Counted from the stretch's first letter, positions 1-12,100 are shown. The stretch: DNA of 64,000 nt from Octopus sinensis (GCF_006345805.1 NC_043019.1:5889360-5953359), one strand, 5' to 3'. The notes: a model not told the origin generated them from the sequence alone. Numbers and translations: made by a program.

Positions 1-534
1 TTTTTCTATCTTCAAACAAATTGTTTATATAGACGTATTTGTATATGAAACATCATAACTTTCATTCCTGGCTCTAAATTCTGTAGAAAATCTGTAGAAA
101 CAGCTTTAAAGTGATTGTATTGCACTGCTAACACAAAAGTAAGACACAGCATTGACTTATAAACTTTTAATGTTCTTGTTCGTGTATTATTGTTGCAAAA
201 CGAAATTCAATGTTCCTACCAGTAATCAATATGTATGTACCAGTTTCCAGGAATCTACTTAATATGTAAACTAATCTATCTGGTAGTGTTACACTGCTAA
301 ACTTAGAATCTATTTGAGCAATGTGTTCGTGGATGGTTAATGGGTTGGATGTGACACTGAGGAAATAGCAAGAACTCCTGAAATATGCATGTACACCCAT
401 TCCCTATTTTTATGTCTTCAATTGCCTTGTTTACATAGACGTATTCATATACAAAACATTGTAAATTTTAGTTCTGAATTTAAATTTTATAGAAAATCAG
501 TAGCTATAATTTAAATGTGACACTCACACATACA

Positions 535-725
535 CATGTATGTACGTGTGTGTGTATGTATGTATGTATGTATGTATGTATGTATGTATGTGTGTATGTA
601 TGCATGTATGTATATATGTGTGTATGTATGTATGCATGTATGTATGTATGTATGTATGAATGTATGTATGTATGCATGCATGTATGTATGCATGTGTGTA
701 TGTATGTATGTATGTATGCGTGTAT
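535..725. repeat. (TATG)n/(TG)n microsatellite
   Basis: Directly visible tandem tatg units; explains ORFs 504-768. Confidence 0.95.
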
Positions 726-825
726 ATAAATAGAAAGAGCAAGAACCATGAAAGTTGTCAATAACCAATGACTAATGTGATATTAATGTAACATCCCGTC
801 CTGATATCCTCCTGTATCCTTATAC

Positions 826-860
826 CCTCCAGCCTCCAGCCTCCAGCCTCCAGCCTCCAG
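826..860. repeat. (CCTCCAG)5 heptamer repeat
   Basis: Five perfect copies. Confidence 0.9.
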
Positions 861-1074
861 CACATCATCAGATTCTGCCAGACGTTTTGCTTTTTACATC
901 TCTTTAGAATTCATATTTTTAGTCTTTCCTTTCCTTATCTATTTTTAATTGTAGATCAGATTGTTTTGTTTTTTTATTTTCGTTCTGTTAATATGTGTGT
1001 GCGTGTGTTTATGTGTGCACTGTGCATGTGTATGTGTGTGTGTGCGTGTGGGTATATTTTTTATGTATACCAAA

Positions 1075-1375
1075 CCAAAACCACCACTACCACCATCACA
1101 TCCACTACCACTAACACCACATCTACCACCACCACCACCAAGAACAACAACAACAGCAACAACATTGCTGTCACCACCACCACCACCACCACATCCACTG
1201 CCATCACCCCCACCCACCACCACCACTACCACTACATCCACTGCCATCACCCCCCCCCACCACCACCACCACTACCACCACATCCACTACCACCACATCC
1301 ACTGCCATCACCCCCACCCCCACCACCACTACCACCACATCCACTGCCATCACCCCCCACCACCACATCCACTCT
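1075..1375. repeat. CAC-rich cryptic tandem repeat, block A
   Basis: Units like ccaccacatccactgccatcacccc; starts ccaaaaccaccactaccacc, as block B does. Confidence 0.85.
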
Positions 1376-1479
1376 TATGTAGGTATGCATGAGGCATGTT
1401 ATTTATTTGTATTTAATTCTATTGGATTTTATTACCATTATTCGTTTATTTTTGGATAATGATCGGAGAACTTCACCCC

Positions 1480-1630
1480 GGATAACTAATATACTCCAAC
1501 CTCTGACCTACAGCCATACTGTTTCCTCCTTCTTACTTTTCCACTACTACAACAGTGGCCACTGCTCTTCATATCTCACTGATCTTCTACTCACTTTCAC
1601 ACGGTTCTTCTTCTCAACTAATTTGTCTCT
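1480..1630 (+). pseudogene. Possible degenerate CR1/L2-group LINE ORF2 C-terminal fragment
   Basis: Translation LQPLTYSHTVSSFLLFHYYNSGHCSSYLTDLL resembles the L.PL..RR.V.SL.LF.YY.G.CS..L motif at the end of CR1/Crack-type ORF2; recognised by eye only. Confidence 0.35.
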
Positions 1631-1879
1631 CACTTTCTCTCTTTCTCTCTCCTTCTTTCCCCTATCCCCCTTCTCTCTCTCTTTCTTCCTCTGGTCACCA
1701 TATTGTGTCAACCCATCCAGTCCCCGGGGCCCAGTTCTTACTCAATGATTTCCTGTCTTTTCAAGAGGAATGACAGCCTAACAATCTCTCTGGCCTCACA
1801 AGACATGGCAATGTTAGAAGGAGAACCCTTTTCTTCCAGATCAAACATGTCTTCCTTATTACCACCACCATCACCATGA

Positions 1880-2340
1880 CCAAAACCACCACTACCACCA
1901 CCACATCCACTACCACTACCACCACCAACAACAACAACAACAACGCTGCTGTCATCACCCCCACCCCCACCACCACCACATCCACTACCACCACATCCAC
2001 TGCCATCACCCCACCACCACCACCACCACATCCACTACCACCACAACCACTGCCATCACCCACCACCACCACCACCACATCCACTACCACCACATCCACT
2101 ACCACCACATCCACTGCCATCACCCCACCACCACCACATCCACTACCACCACATCCACTGCCATCACATCCACCACCCCCACCACATCCACCACCACCAC
2201 CACCTCCACCACTACCACCATTACATCCACCACAACCACCACTGCTGCCGCTGCCACTACTCCTACTGCCACCACAACCCCCGCCCCTATCTCACCGCTG
2301 CTGCCATAGCCTCCACCACCATCACCACTCCACCAATTTC
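1880..2340. repeat. CAC-rich cryptic tandem repeat, block B
   Basis: Same start motif and (aac)n-gctgtca landmark as block A, 805 bp downstream. Confidence 0.85.
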
Positions 2341-2487
2341 CTCCCATACCATCTACATTCGGCTCATCTCATGTATCTCTCTACAATACCCGTTCCTCTA
2401 CTGAGGCCCAATCTTATATTTCATCTAAGTTCTTCACATCCAAACACTCAGACCTCTTCAAGCCTCTTTGTTCTTTGCCCTAGCGCC

Positions 2488-2843
2488 TAGGGTAAAGGGT
2501 AAAGGGTAATGTCCCCCTTCAGTCATATATGACCATAGGATTGCACCCAGAAATTTACCCTCCCAGGCACAAGTCCAGGCAAGATTGCTTATGGAAGACC
2601 AGCAGTCACCCACACATATCAGCCTATCCTCTCCACATCATTGATGTTATCCAAGGGGAAAGGCAAAGGGGCCGATACAGCTTGGCACCAGTGACATCAC
2701 AACTCATTTCTACAGCTGAGTGAAGTGGAGCAACATGAAATAAAGTGTCTTACTCAAGAACACACCACACAGCCTGGTCCAGGAATTGAACTCACAACCT
2801 CATGATTGTGAGCCTGACGCTCTAACCACTGAGCTGCCAACCC
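2488..2843 (-). mobile_element. tRNA-derived SINE, family D
   Basis: Minus strand: A-box-like GGCAGCTCAGTGGTTAGAGC, B-box GTTCAATTCC, CORE-like gtgttcttgagtaagacacttt, (TTTACCC)n tail; sibling at 47843-48183. Confidence 0.85.
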
Positions 2844-3126
2844 TTATTTAAATTTCTTGTAGGCTGCTAAACCATTCCATGCACTTGTAGCACCACAAGA
2901 ACTTCACAACTTTGCGTATTGCTTTGAACCATAAATGTAAGATCAACCTTGAATAAAGTTTGCAAAATGTTAATCTCTGCCGATGTTTGTGTGTGTCTGT
3001 GTGTCCGTCCTGCCTTTGTCCCACCATTGTCAGAACAAAAGAGCAAAGCTCACTCGATCTCGCTTCTCAGTATGAATACATTAGCAGGAAGAGACTTAAA
3101 AGATTGCAGCATGGTAGCTGCTCTAC

Positions 3127-3560
3127 TAAGCACCACCACCATCAACACCACCTCCACCACCATCACCACCCCTACCACTACCACAATCATCACCACCAAC
3201 ACCACCACTGCCACCACCATAACCACCACCACCACCACCACCTCCACCACCATCACCACCACCATCACCACCCCTACCACTACCACAATCATCAACATCA
3301 CCACTGCCACCACCACCACCACCCCTCCACCACCCACCACCACCACCCCTCCACCACCACCACACCACCACCACCACTATCACCACCACTACCACCACCA
3401 CTACCACAATCATCACCAACAACACCACCACTGCCACCACCACACCACCACCACCACCACTATCACCACCACTACCACCACCACTACCACAATCATCACC
3501 AACAACACCACCACTGCCACCACCACCACCACCACCACCACCACAACCACAACCACAGCA
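3127..3560. repeat. (CAC)n-rich low-complexity tract
   Basis: Imperfect cac/cat/tac triplets; explains the poly-Thr and poly-His ORFs. Confidence 0.9.
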
Positions 3561-3994
3561 ACATGTCTAAATACTTTATGGTGTCTCTTTGACTCCCTTT
3601 CAATTAAACATTCTTTATTATTAGTGTGTGGTTAGGGGCTGGGGGAAGGGTCAGTAATTAGCATCGCTAATTGGACCCAATGGTAATTGCTTAGCTAATT
3701 GTTGGATGGGGAGTTTAAGAGTATCAGTGAAGATGACGTTCATGCATGGGGAAGTGGTATGGATGGGGAGGGGAGACGGAGAGAGAGAGAGAGGGAGGGA
3801 GAGAGAGATGGGGTACAAGAGGGGAGTGAGAGGGGAGAGAAAATGGACTGGGGACATTGACATTATTTGTATAACATGATAATCTACTTATATAATTTCT
3901 ACTACTACTACTAATACTACTACGACCACTTACTACTACTATTACTACTACTGCTGCTGCTGATGATGATGATGTTGATGATGATGTTAATAAT

Positions 3995-4180
3995 AGTGGT
4001 TTCAAATTTTGGCACAAGGCCAGCAATTTTGAGCAGAGGATATTACTCAATACTACTGACCCCAGTACATGACTGGTACTTTATTTTATCGACCTTGGAG
4101 GGATGAAAGGCAAAGTTGATTTCAGTGGGTTGTGAACTTGGAATGTAATAATTCTGCCACGTTGCTGCCTTTAATCATAA
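3995..4180 (-). mobile_element. SINE family B, older tail type (B2), diverged
   Basis: Minus strand carries gcctttcatccct..ggtcgataaaata..gtacc body and gccttgtgccaaaatttgaaacc tail. Confidence 0.75.
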
Positions 4181-4204
4181 AAGCTTCAGCAGTTTTTGAG
4201 GGGA

Positions 4205-4378
4205 GGGGGAGGGCGTAGTCAATTCTGCTGACTTGCGTACTTGACTGGAGCTTTATTTTAATGGTCCCAAAAGGATGAAAAGTAAAGCTGACTTTGATGG
4301 AATTTGAACCCAGAATGTAAAGAGACAATATAAACTGTGAGACATTCAATACTCTACTGATTCTGCCAATCTGCCAAA
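4205..4378 (-). mobile_element. SINE family B, diverged
   Basis: aaaggatgaaaagtaaagctgactttgatggaatttgaacccagaatgtaa matches family B antisense. Confidence 0.65.
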
Positions 4379-4407
4379 TTAAATAAATAAATAAATAAAT
4401 AGATAGC

Positions 4408-4728
4408 CTCGACTGGCTCCAGTGCCGGTGGCACATAAAAAGCACCATACGAACGTGGCCAATGCCAGCACTGCCTTGGCTGGCTTCCGTGCCGGTGGCA
4501 CGTTAAAAGCACCAACAGATTGTGGCCAATGCCAGACTCCCCTGGCACGTAAAAAGCACCCACTACACTCGCGGAGTGGTTGGCGTTAGGAAGGGCATCC
4601 AGCTGTAGAAACACTGCCAGATCAGACTGGAGTCTGGTGCAGCCCCTGGCTTCCCAGACCCCGGTCGAACCGTCCAACCCATGCTAGCGTGGAAAACGGA
4701 CGTTAAACAATGATGATGATGATGATGA
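4408..4728 (+). mobile_element. RTE-related SINE or RTE 3' end with (GAT)n tail
   Basis: tggcgttaggaagggcatccagctgtagaaa ... ccgtccaacccatgctagcgtggaaaacggacgttaaac followed by (GAT)n; triplicated stem-loop at 4424-4560. Confidence 0.7.
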
Positions 4729-4779
4729 TAGATAATAGTAATAATGATAATTTTAATAATAATAATAATAATAATCCTT

Positions 4780-4885
4780 TCTACTGGAGGCACAAGGACA
4801 CAAATTTGTGGGGAAGGGACTAGTTAATTACATCGACCCCAGCATTTCACTGGTACTTATTTCATTGACCTCGAAAGGATGAAAG
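4780..4885 (-). mobile_element. SINE family B2 3' fragment
   Basis: ggcacaagg..catcgaccccagc..ctggtacttat..gaaaggatgaaagg. Confidence 0.65.
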
Positions 4886-4887
4886 GA

Positions 4888-4923
<36 letters not shown>

Positions 4924-5222
4924 GTGGGACAAATAGGGGCTGCAATTAGGGTGGAGCACTTGCAGAAAACAGCACTGCTTGGAACTGCTTAAATGCTTCA
5001 GAAGGTGCTCGAAAAATAAGTGAACAGCTGACACTGTAGTACATCTCCAGTGTTAGAAGCTGTGCAACAGCAGACGAAAGAATCAAATTTTATCAACAAA
5101 GCAAGGTATTCAAGACGGGTGCAAAAAGATTTTACAGGGAAATTGGAGAAAACAAGACAGAAGTGAAGGAGCCGTCTAAGAATGAAGAAATGGAAGAATG
5201 CTGCAAGAAGATATGGAGCAAC
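4924..5222 (+). pseudogene. Two joined fragments of an R4/Dong-like RLE non-LTR retrotransposon ORF
   Basis: 4924-5019 reads IGAAIRVEHLQKTALLGTA*MLQKVLEK* (typical ORF C-terminus); 5070-5222 reads RIKFYQQSKVFKTGAKRFYREIG..EPSKNEEMEECCKKIWSN (pre-RT region). Confidence 0.7.
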
Positions 5223-7292
5223 AAAAATTTTATTTTAAATTTAAATTTATATATATATATACATATATACATACATATGTAAATACATATAAATATGTAT
5301 ATCTATATAAATGTGTGTGTGTATATATATATATATATATACACATACATATATACACACCCACTCACATCTACACACATTATTTACTATCATTAATGGC
5401 GCCATAACTATATCTGCTAAAACTTAATGTATTTCATCTTCCATATGTGTCATACTCAAGCAGAATGGAGAAGTTGCTCTGATATCTTACCTGATATGTA
5501 CGTCTTATCATTGTTAAAGCTTCAAGTCATTTACTTTCCCAGCAAATAGCTATGCTTCGATGATTGGAACCATTAAGAATGAGTTAATTACATTAAGACA
5601 GATCATTTCAGACCAAATTCTTGCCATTACTGCCAGAATATTCTTACATTATCACTTTATCACATACTCTGCCATGAAGAAATATTTGTTTCGCTTGAAT
5701 CTAATCTAGATTGTTGGATGAAGATAGAACTTATTCAATTATTTTCCATGACTTTTGTTTCACTAATTTACAACCTTCTTTTACCATTGAGTGGTTCCAG
5801 TTAGTTTCCGTCGGACAAACCTATGATATGGAAGTTGCCAAGTAAATGCTTCAAACAAATTCACAAATCCAGGCCCTAGTACCAACCAATGTTCATGTTA
5901 CATTTCGACTTTTGATCAGATAACTTTCTGTGATTGCACTGTTTCTCAGTAGAGGCCAATAATAATAAAATACATGACTTAAAACATTCATTACTTATTA
6001 TTAAAGAGAATAGAAAAATCATCAATTACCCAATCAATATATTCTATCTAGATCCATTTTACACCAATCTCATCAAATAAATAAGCAACATGTCAAATTT
6101 GTTATGGTCTGGCTATCTTGGAGATTAATTTATAAGTATGATAGTATAAAAAGGTTGTGAGATCAATATAGGAATATATATATATAATACATGTGGTGTT
6201 GATGATAATAGGAACAAAAACTAAAGCACTTAGTATAAATTAGAGTATATAATATGTAAGGAGAAATACACAAAATGTAACCAATCATGGTATACTATTA
6301 GTTTCACAGCATTATATAAAAACCGTTTCTTTAGCACTGCCATCTTTTATATGCAACCAAAACCAATGATTTTAAAGTCTAGGGAATATAAAATTCTAGG
6401 GTGGTAAATTATTTTCTCCATTGACTGGTTTAAAATTTGAATTTTAAGCTATCTACTATATTTTGTGCCAAGCATCAAAACCTCATTGTGTGGTACATAA
6501 ACATGCATATCTTCAAATAGTCAAACCTAGATCTGAGATCTTTAAAAAATGTAAACACTTCAACAAACATTTACTTCAATACTGGAGCCCATCACATCTT
6601 CTATCTCTATCAGACCAGAGATCACAGTACACCACATGAACAAATTCAGAACTCAACAAAGACAACTGAGCACAATTTCACTCTAGTATAATACAACGCT
6701 AGCTCATCTATGTCTCTCTACTTTCTTTCGCTCTCTCACCATTATCTTCAAACCCCAAATTCTCAACCATTTTCACCTTCCTCTTGTTATGATTGTTTTA
6801 GATGGTGCAAATAGCACACAGTATATACACCTGTGTATGCACTCTGCAAGCAAAAAGTGAGATAAATAAGAGTTAAATCAGCACACATCTAAATGAAACT
6901 GGACAAATTTAGTAAAGTGGAAGATAAAGTTTGGGAGGAAGCAATAGATGCCCAAAGTTACACTTGCTCATGGTTGTTTTACTTCACTGATGTCATCAAT
7001 ATTCTGATTAAAGACATTATCCTAAATTATCAAGACTATTGAAAAGGTTGCAAGACGCAACGAAAATTTTAGAAAATAAAAATAACAAATAAGTGGAAAT
7101 TTTACCGGTGACTGTGTTAAATAATAAGGCGCTAAAAGAGAATGACTCTCCCCAGACACAACAGAATATGCTTCAACACACGAACTCATATAAAGAATCT
7201 TGCAAACCAAATCCAAAAATGAAATACCATCTTTTGATCCACCAAAATCAACTGCTCAAAACGTTTGTTAACATATATGATTAACTAAACTA

Positions 7293-7666
7293 TTGGGTTG
7301 TCCAGAAAGTTCATGCCAATTTATAGTAGCTTACATTTCGACTTATTTTAGAACATGGTTGAGTCCATAAAATAGGATTTGACTACAACTCCATTTAGAC
7401 CACAGTTTAAGCTATCTTTTCGTGGAAGAAGGTTTATGTTCTTATAACCTGTGTTAATTCTGTAACCCTTTAAAATGGAAGATAAGAAAGTTCATTTTCG
7501 GCACTTGATGCTTTGGGAACCAGACAAAAATTGTTGTAGCTCGGCTGGATGTTTACCCCCACCCTCCATATTCATCAGATATTGCCTCCTTCAGATTTCC
7601 ACTATTCAGGGTCTCTGCAGAATAGTCTTAATGGTAAAAAAATTCAATTCCTTGGATGACGTGAAA
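7293..7666 (+). mobile_element. Internally deleted non-autonomous mariner, cut by the assembly gap
   Basis: TA|TTGGGTTGTCCAGAAAGTTC TIR; MEDKKVHFRHLMLWE fused to decayed LPHPPYSPD-type region and NSLNGKKFNSLDDVK; same family as 13964-14533. Confidence 0.9.
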
Positions 7667-7766
7667 NNNNNNNNNNNNNNNNNNNNNNNNNNNNNNNNNN
7701 NNNNNNNNNNNNNNNNNNNNNNNNNNNNNNNNNNNNNNNNNNNNNNNNNNNNNNNNNNNNNNNNNN
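7667..7766. other. Assembly gap (100 N)
   Basis: Run of N. Confidence 1.
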
Positions 7767-7974
7767 CAAACATACATACATACTTACATACGTTCATACA
7801 TACATACATACATACATACACACACACACATACACACACACATACATACATACATATCCTGCTGATGTTGTTGAAATTCCAATGAAGTGCTTTGGGTTTA
7901 GGTGAGAGACCGGCTCTTTCTCTACTGGCAAGAAAGTTTGAAAAACTGAATAATGACATACATACAGAAATTGT

Positions 7975-8165
7975 CCCGCCGCAGGTTACGACGACGAATG
8001 CTCCAGTTGGTCCGATCAACGGGACATCCTGCTCGTGAATTTGAAGTGGAAATGGCTGGGGACTCAACAGACACGGATGCCATTAACATTATTCTCAGGG
8101 AGATTCAGCGTGACACAGAATGTGACTCGGCTGGCCCTATGAGATACAAGTCTTACTCATTTTTG
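7975..8165 (-). mobile_element. Diverged fragment homologous to the 3' tail of SINE family C
   Basis: Reverse complement aligns by eye to 18545-18705 (tgtgtcacgctgaat..cacgagcagg..tcgtcgtaacc). Confidence 0.7.
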
Positions 8166-8184
8166 TCGTCCCCAGGACTTATTC

Positions 8185-8640
8185 TTCGTAAGCCCAGTAC
8201 TTATTCTATCGGTCTCTTTTGCCGAACCGCTAAGTGACGGGGACATAAACACACCAGCATCGGTTGTCAAGCACACAAACATACACGTGCACACACACAC
8301 ACATACACACACACATACACACACACATATATTATATATATATTATATATATATATATATAGATATATATTATATTATATATATATTATATATATATATG
8401 ATTTGATTTTGATTTTTCCAGTTTCAGCTAATGAGCTGTGGCCATGCTGGGGCACCGCCATATATATACATATATACGACGGACTTCTTTCAGTTTCCCT
8501 CTACCAAATCCACTCACAAGGCTTTGGTCGGCCCGAGGCTATGGTAGAAGACACTTGCCCAAGGTGCCACGCAGTGGGACTGAACCCGGAACTATGTGGT
8601 TGGTAAGCAAGCAACATACCACGCAGCCACTCCTGTGCCA
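8185..8640 (-). mobile_element. SINE family A (tRNA head, CORE-like domain, internal microsatellite)
   Basis: Antisense of gcaggagtggctgtgtggtaag..ggttccgggttcagtccc..caccttgggcaagtgtctt; extra tail piece at about 8400-8460. Confidence 0.9.
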
Positions 8641-8774
8641 ATGTTTAAGTTTCGTTTTAATTTTCAAATCACTTGAAGAAAAGGAGCTTTTTACCTGATG
8701 TAATTGATTTGTTCATCAATAAAAAACACACCTGAAACAGCTGTAGTGAACCTCAGACCATTTCTGTTATATAT

Positions 8775-9180
8775 AGGCGTAGGCGTGGCTGTGTGGTAAG
8801 ACGCTTGCTTCCCAACCTCATGGTTTTGCGTTCAGTCCCACGGCGTAGCACCTTGGGCAGGTGTCTTCAACTACAGGCGCGGGCCGACCAAAGCCTTGTG
8901 AGTGGATTTGGCAGACGGAAATTGAAAGAAGCCCGTCGTATAACTATCTATGTGTGTATATTTATGTGTGTGTGTTTTTGTGTCTGTGGATGCCCTCCCA
9001 CCATCGCTTGACAACCGATGTTGGCATGTTTATGTCCCCGTAACCTAGTAGTTCGCCAAAAGTGACCGATAGAATAAGTACTAGGCTTACAGACAATAGG
9101 TCCCGGGGTCGAAATCGTCGAATAAAACCCTTTAAGGCAGTGCTCCAGCATGGCCGCAGTCAAATGACTGAAAAGTGTAA
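8775..9180 (+). mobile_element. SINE family A
   Basis: Full head-to-tail match ending ccagcatggccgcagtcaaatgactgaaa. Confidence 0.9.
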
Positions 9181-9194
9181 AATATAACAGAATG

Positions 9195-9245
<51 letters not shown>

Positions 9246-9485
9246 TATATTAATATATATATATATTATATATATATATATATATTATATATATATATAG
9301 ACGATATATTATTTACAAGTTCAGCAAAATTTAGATTCAAATGAATATGGTACTTAAGTTAGAAGATAAACTCTACTACCTTAATGTTCTTAAATTTTAA
9401 ATCGACATCTTTGTCTATATATCTACCTTCTCTATAATGTTATCAATTGATATGAAAATTATGTAGTAATGGAAAACCTCTATAA

Positions 9486-9570
9486 AGGCTGATGATTGCT
9501 CAACATTTTAAAACTGTTGTAATACTTACAATATTTAATAAAATGATGTAGCCTGAAACGATCGTACCCA
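9486..9570 (+). ncRNA. Degenerate type-I hammerhead ribozyme-like motif with long stem II
   Basis: CTGATGA (9489-9495), ~59-nt imperfect hairpin, GAAA (9555-9558), palindromic CGATCG, then TA; stem I only 2 bp. Confidence 0.4.
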
Positions 9571-9610
9571 AATTACCGAAGTTATTCTTGTTGCTTATTT
9601 TGATTACACA

Positions 9611-9704
<94 letters not shown>

Positions 9705-10646
9705 CATATATATATGTATGTAAGTATGGATGTATGTATAGGTTTATATGTTCATATACATGCATGTATGTGTGTGTCTTTGCCTCTGTGTGTACGCTGA
9801 CGTGCGCATGTGTATATGAGCAGCAACACTGTGTACAACGGTGTGTGTCGGTTCAATTCCACCTTGATAATGATATTTATACGGCGTTGGATATTTTCTT
9901 TTCGCATATCATATACTTTTTGTTTTCCACAGAATGGTAAAACAATATTGGTTTTTCTTAATCTGAGTCTCCTGCATTTTATTTCTGTGTGTCCGTCTTA
10001 CTAAAATTACGATCAAAGAGTGTTTTTATTCTTAGTGAACAAAAGCCATTTGAATTTCTCTCCAAGGTATTTCGTATATAAATGTTTTTCCGCTTCATTT
10101 GGAGGAATCAATCTTCAAATAATCTCGCCGTCCCGATGTGTCTTATAGACGTGAGAAAATATCTCCACCCTCCCAACAACATCTCTCGGTACCTCTTATT
10201 TCTCTTCTGTTGATTGTATCTTTGCATACATATTTATGTACAGTACAGATGTGCGTGTGTTGAGTATGTGTTGTGTGTGAACAGTTTACAAATAGAACAG
10301 ACTGTATTGAAAATATAATAGATAGACACACAGACAGACGGATAAACAGACAGACCGATACATACATGCATGCCTGCATACATACAATGATGAAATGTAG
10401 AATTTTTCTGTATGTTTTGAAATAATAAAAATTAATTATCTTCTAGACATTTCCAGCAAAGTAAATTTATATTATATATTATATATGAATGAAGAAATAT
10501 TGCTTTATCATTTCATCTTGTACTTGATATTTCCGGTATTGCAAGTTATCATATGACAAGTCCTTGAACTTATAAAACGTTGAACTTGTAGTTCATGGAA
10601 TTGTCATCTGAAGAAATAACTCAAACTGTCTCTATACATGGCAATG

Positions 10647-10648
10647 AA

Positions 10649-10735
<87 letters not shown>
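10647..10735. repeat. (AAT)n tract, 3' tail of the adjacent CR1
   Basis: Pure AAT repeat abutting the CR1 3' UTR. Confidence 0.9.
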
Positions 10736-10737
<2 letters not shown>

Positions 10738-10741
10738 TTAT

Positions 10742-12100
10742 TGTATACAGTGCTCAGGTGCACCACAACTTGTCAAGAGTGCATATAAAGCATATGCAGT
10801 AATGTAAAAATGTCTGGAAAGCGAACAGTGTATGAGTCAGATACATGCTTGCGTGTGTATGGAGGGGAGAAAATCAGGTGTAGTGTTGGCGAATCTCAGG
10901 AAGCATGGAAGTTTTGAAGGATGCAGTGCTCCGACAACTCACAACTGATGCCGGCAGTTTGTTCCATGCTTCAGCAACTCTTGGAGTGAAAAAATGTTTC
11001 CGAAAGTCATGGGAGCTGTGCTGTTTCCTGACTTTGTAAACATGTCCATAGGTGTTAGACAGGTGGAGTTTGAAAAGGTGCTATTATCTGTAAGATGGTT
11101 AATAATTTTATGGGTGTCTGCCAAGTCGTCTGCTAGGCGTCGGAGTTTCAATGTATCCATGTCCAGGGAAGTAAGGCGTTCAGAATATGGCAAATGCCTG
11201 ATGGAGGGTATTCTCTTGGTTGCACGTCGCTGAACGGTTTCCAGACGATTAATAACCTGGGCAAGATAGGGGTTCCAGACCGGTGATGCAAATTCCGGGT
11301 GAGGTCGCACCATAGCTATATAAAGCCTCAGATAGATAGACGGAGAGCAGCTCACAAAAGACTTGGTGAGTGATGCCAAGACACCCTCAGCCTTCTTGGC
11401 AATTTTAGCAATTTGTTTTGTCCAACGCAAATCACTGTCGACAATAACACCCAGGTCACGTTCACATGAAGACTTTTTGAGATTAGTGTTGTGGAGGGAG
11501 TAAGTGGACGCTGGGCTTCTCCTCCCCAAATGCATGGTGGTACATTTGTCCACAGCCATCTTGAGTTGCCAGTCCATGATCCACTGCTGCATTGTGTCCA
11601 GTTCTGCTTGCAATAGAGATCTATAGTGTACAGGATCTGACCTCTTTATTTCGAGGTACAGCTTGATGTCATCTGCATATTTCAACACTGGGGCATTCTT
11701 TAAGATGGCATCTATGTCATTAACATATGCAACAAATAAAAGGAGGCCAAGAACAGATCCCTGTGGTACTCAGATGTCATCTCATAGGGTTAAGAGTGCT
11801 GTCCTAGAACAGTGGCAATCTCTTTTCGGCCGACAATAAAGTACTTCAACCAGTAATGGAGTTCGTCTCTTACACCCATTGAAGAGAGTTTCACCATAAG
11901 TCTTTTGTGTGGCACAGAAAAGCCTTAGCAAAGTCCAGGTAAACAACATTCACCCAGGATCCGCGATCAGTGATTCGGGTAATGTCCTGAAGAAACTCGA
12001 TGAGTTGATTACAGCAGCTGGAGTTAGGAATAAATCCAAATTGTGACGACTGGATGAGGTTGTGAGACTTCCAGAAGTTCCAGAGGGTTTCTCTGACAGG
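10742..12100 (-). mobile_element. 5'-truncated CR1-clade LINE, decayed RT domain plus 3' UTR
   Basis: QFGF..SCCNQLIEF, VYLDFAKAF, VPQGSVLG, LKYADDIKLY, ERDLGVIVD, VRPHPEFASPVWNPY, LETVQRRATK; includes ORF 10939-11688; upstream stops and frameshifts. Confidence 0.95.

Noticed and set aside
20-500. Diverged direct repeat (about 20-100 versus 425-500)
   Set aside because: Short, AT-rich, cut by the window edge; nothing further can be inferred
2949-3635. 228-aa Thr-rich and 210-aa His-rich ORFs as mucin or histidine-rich beak proteins
   Set aside because: Open frames follow automatically from (CAC)n; flanks are not protein-like, and no GHG-type repeats or splice support are seen
5484-5600. Perfect minus-strand donor CAG|GTAAG near 5490
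   Set aside because: All three upstream frames hit stops within ~45 nt and no good acceptor is present
7475-8067. ORFs 7475-7885 and 7606-8067
   Set aside because: They run through the N gap and join unrelated mariner and microsatellite sequence
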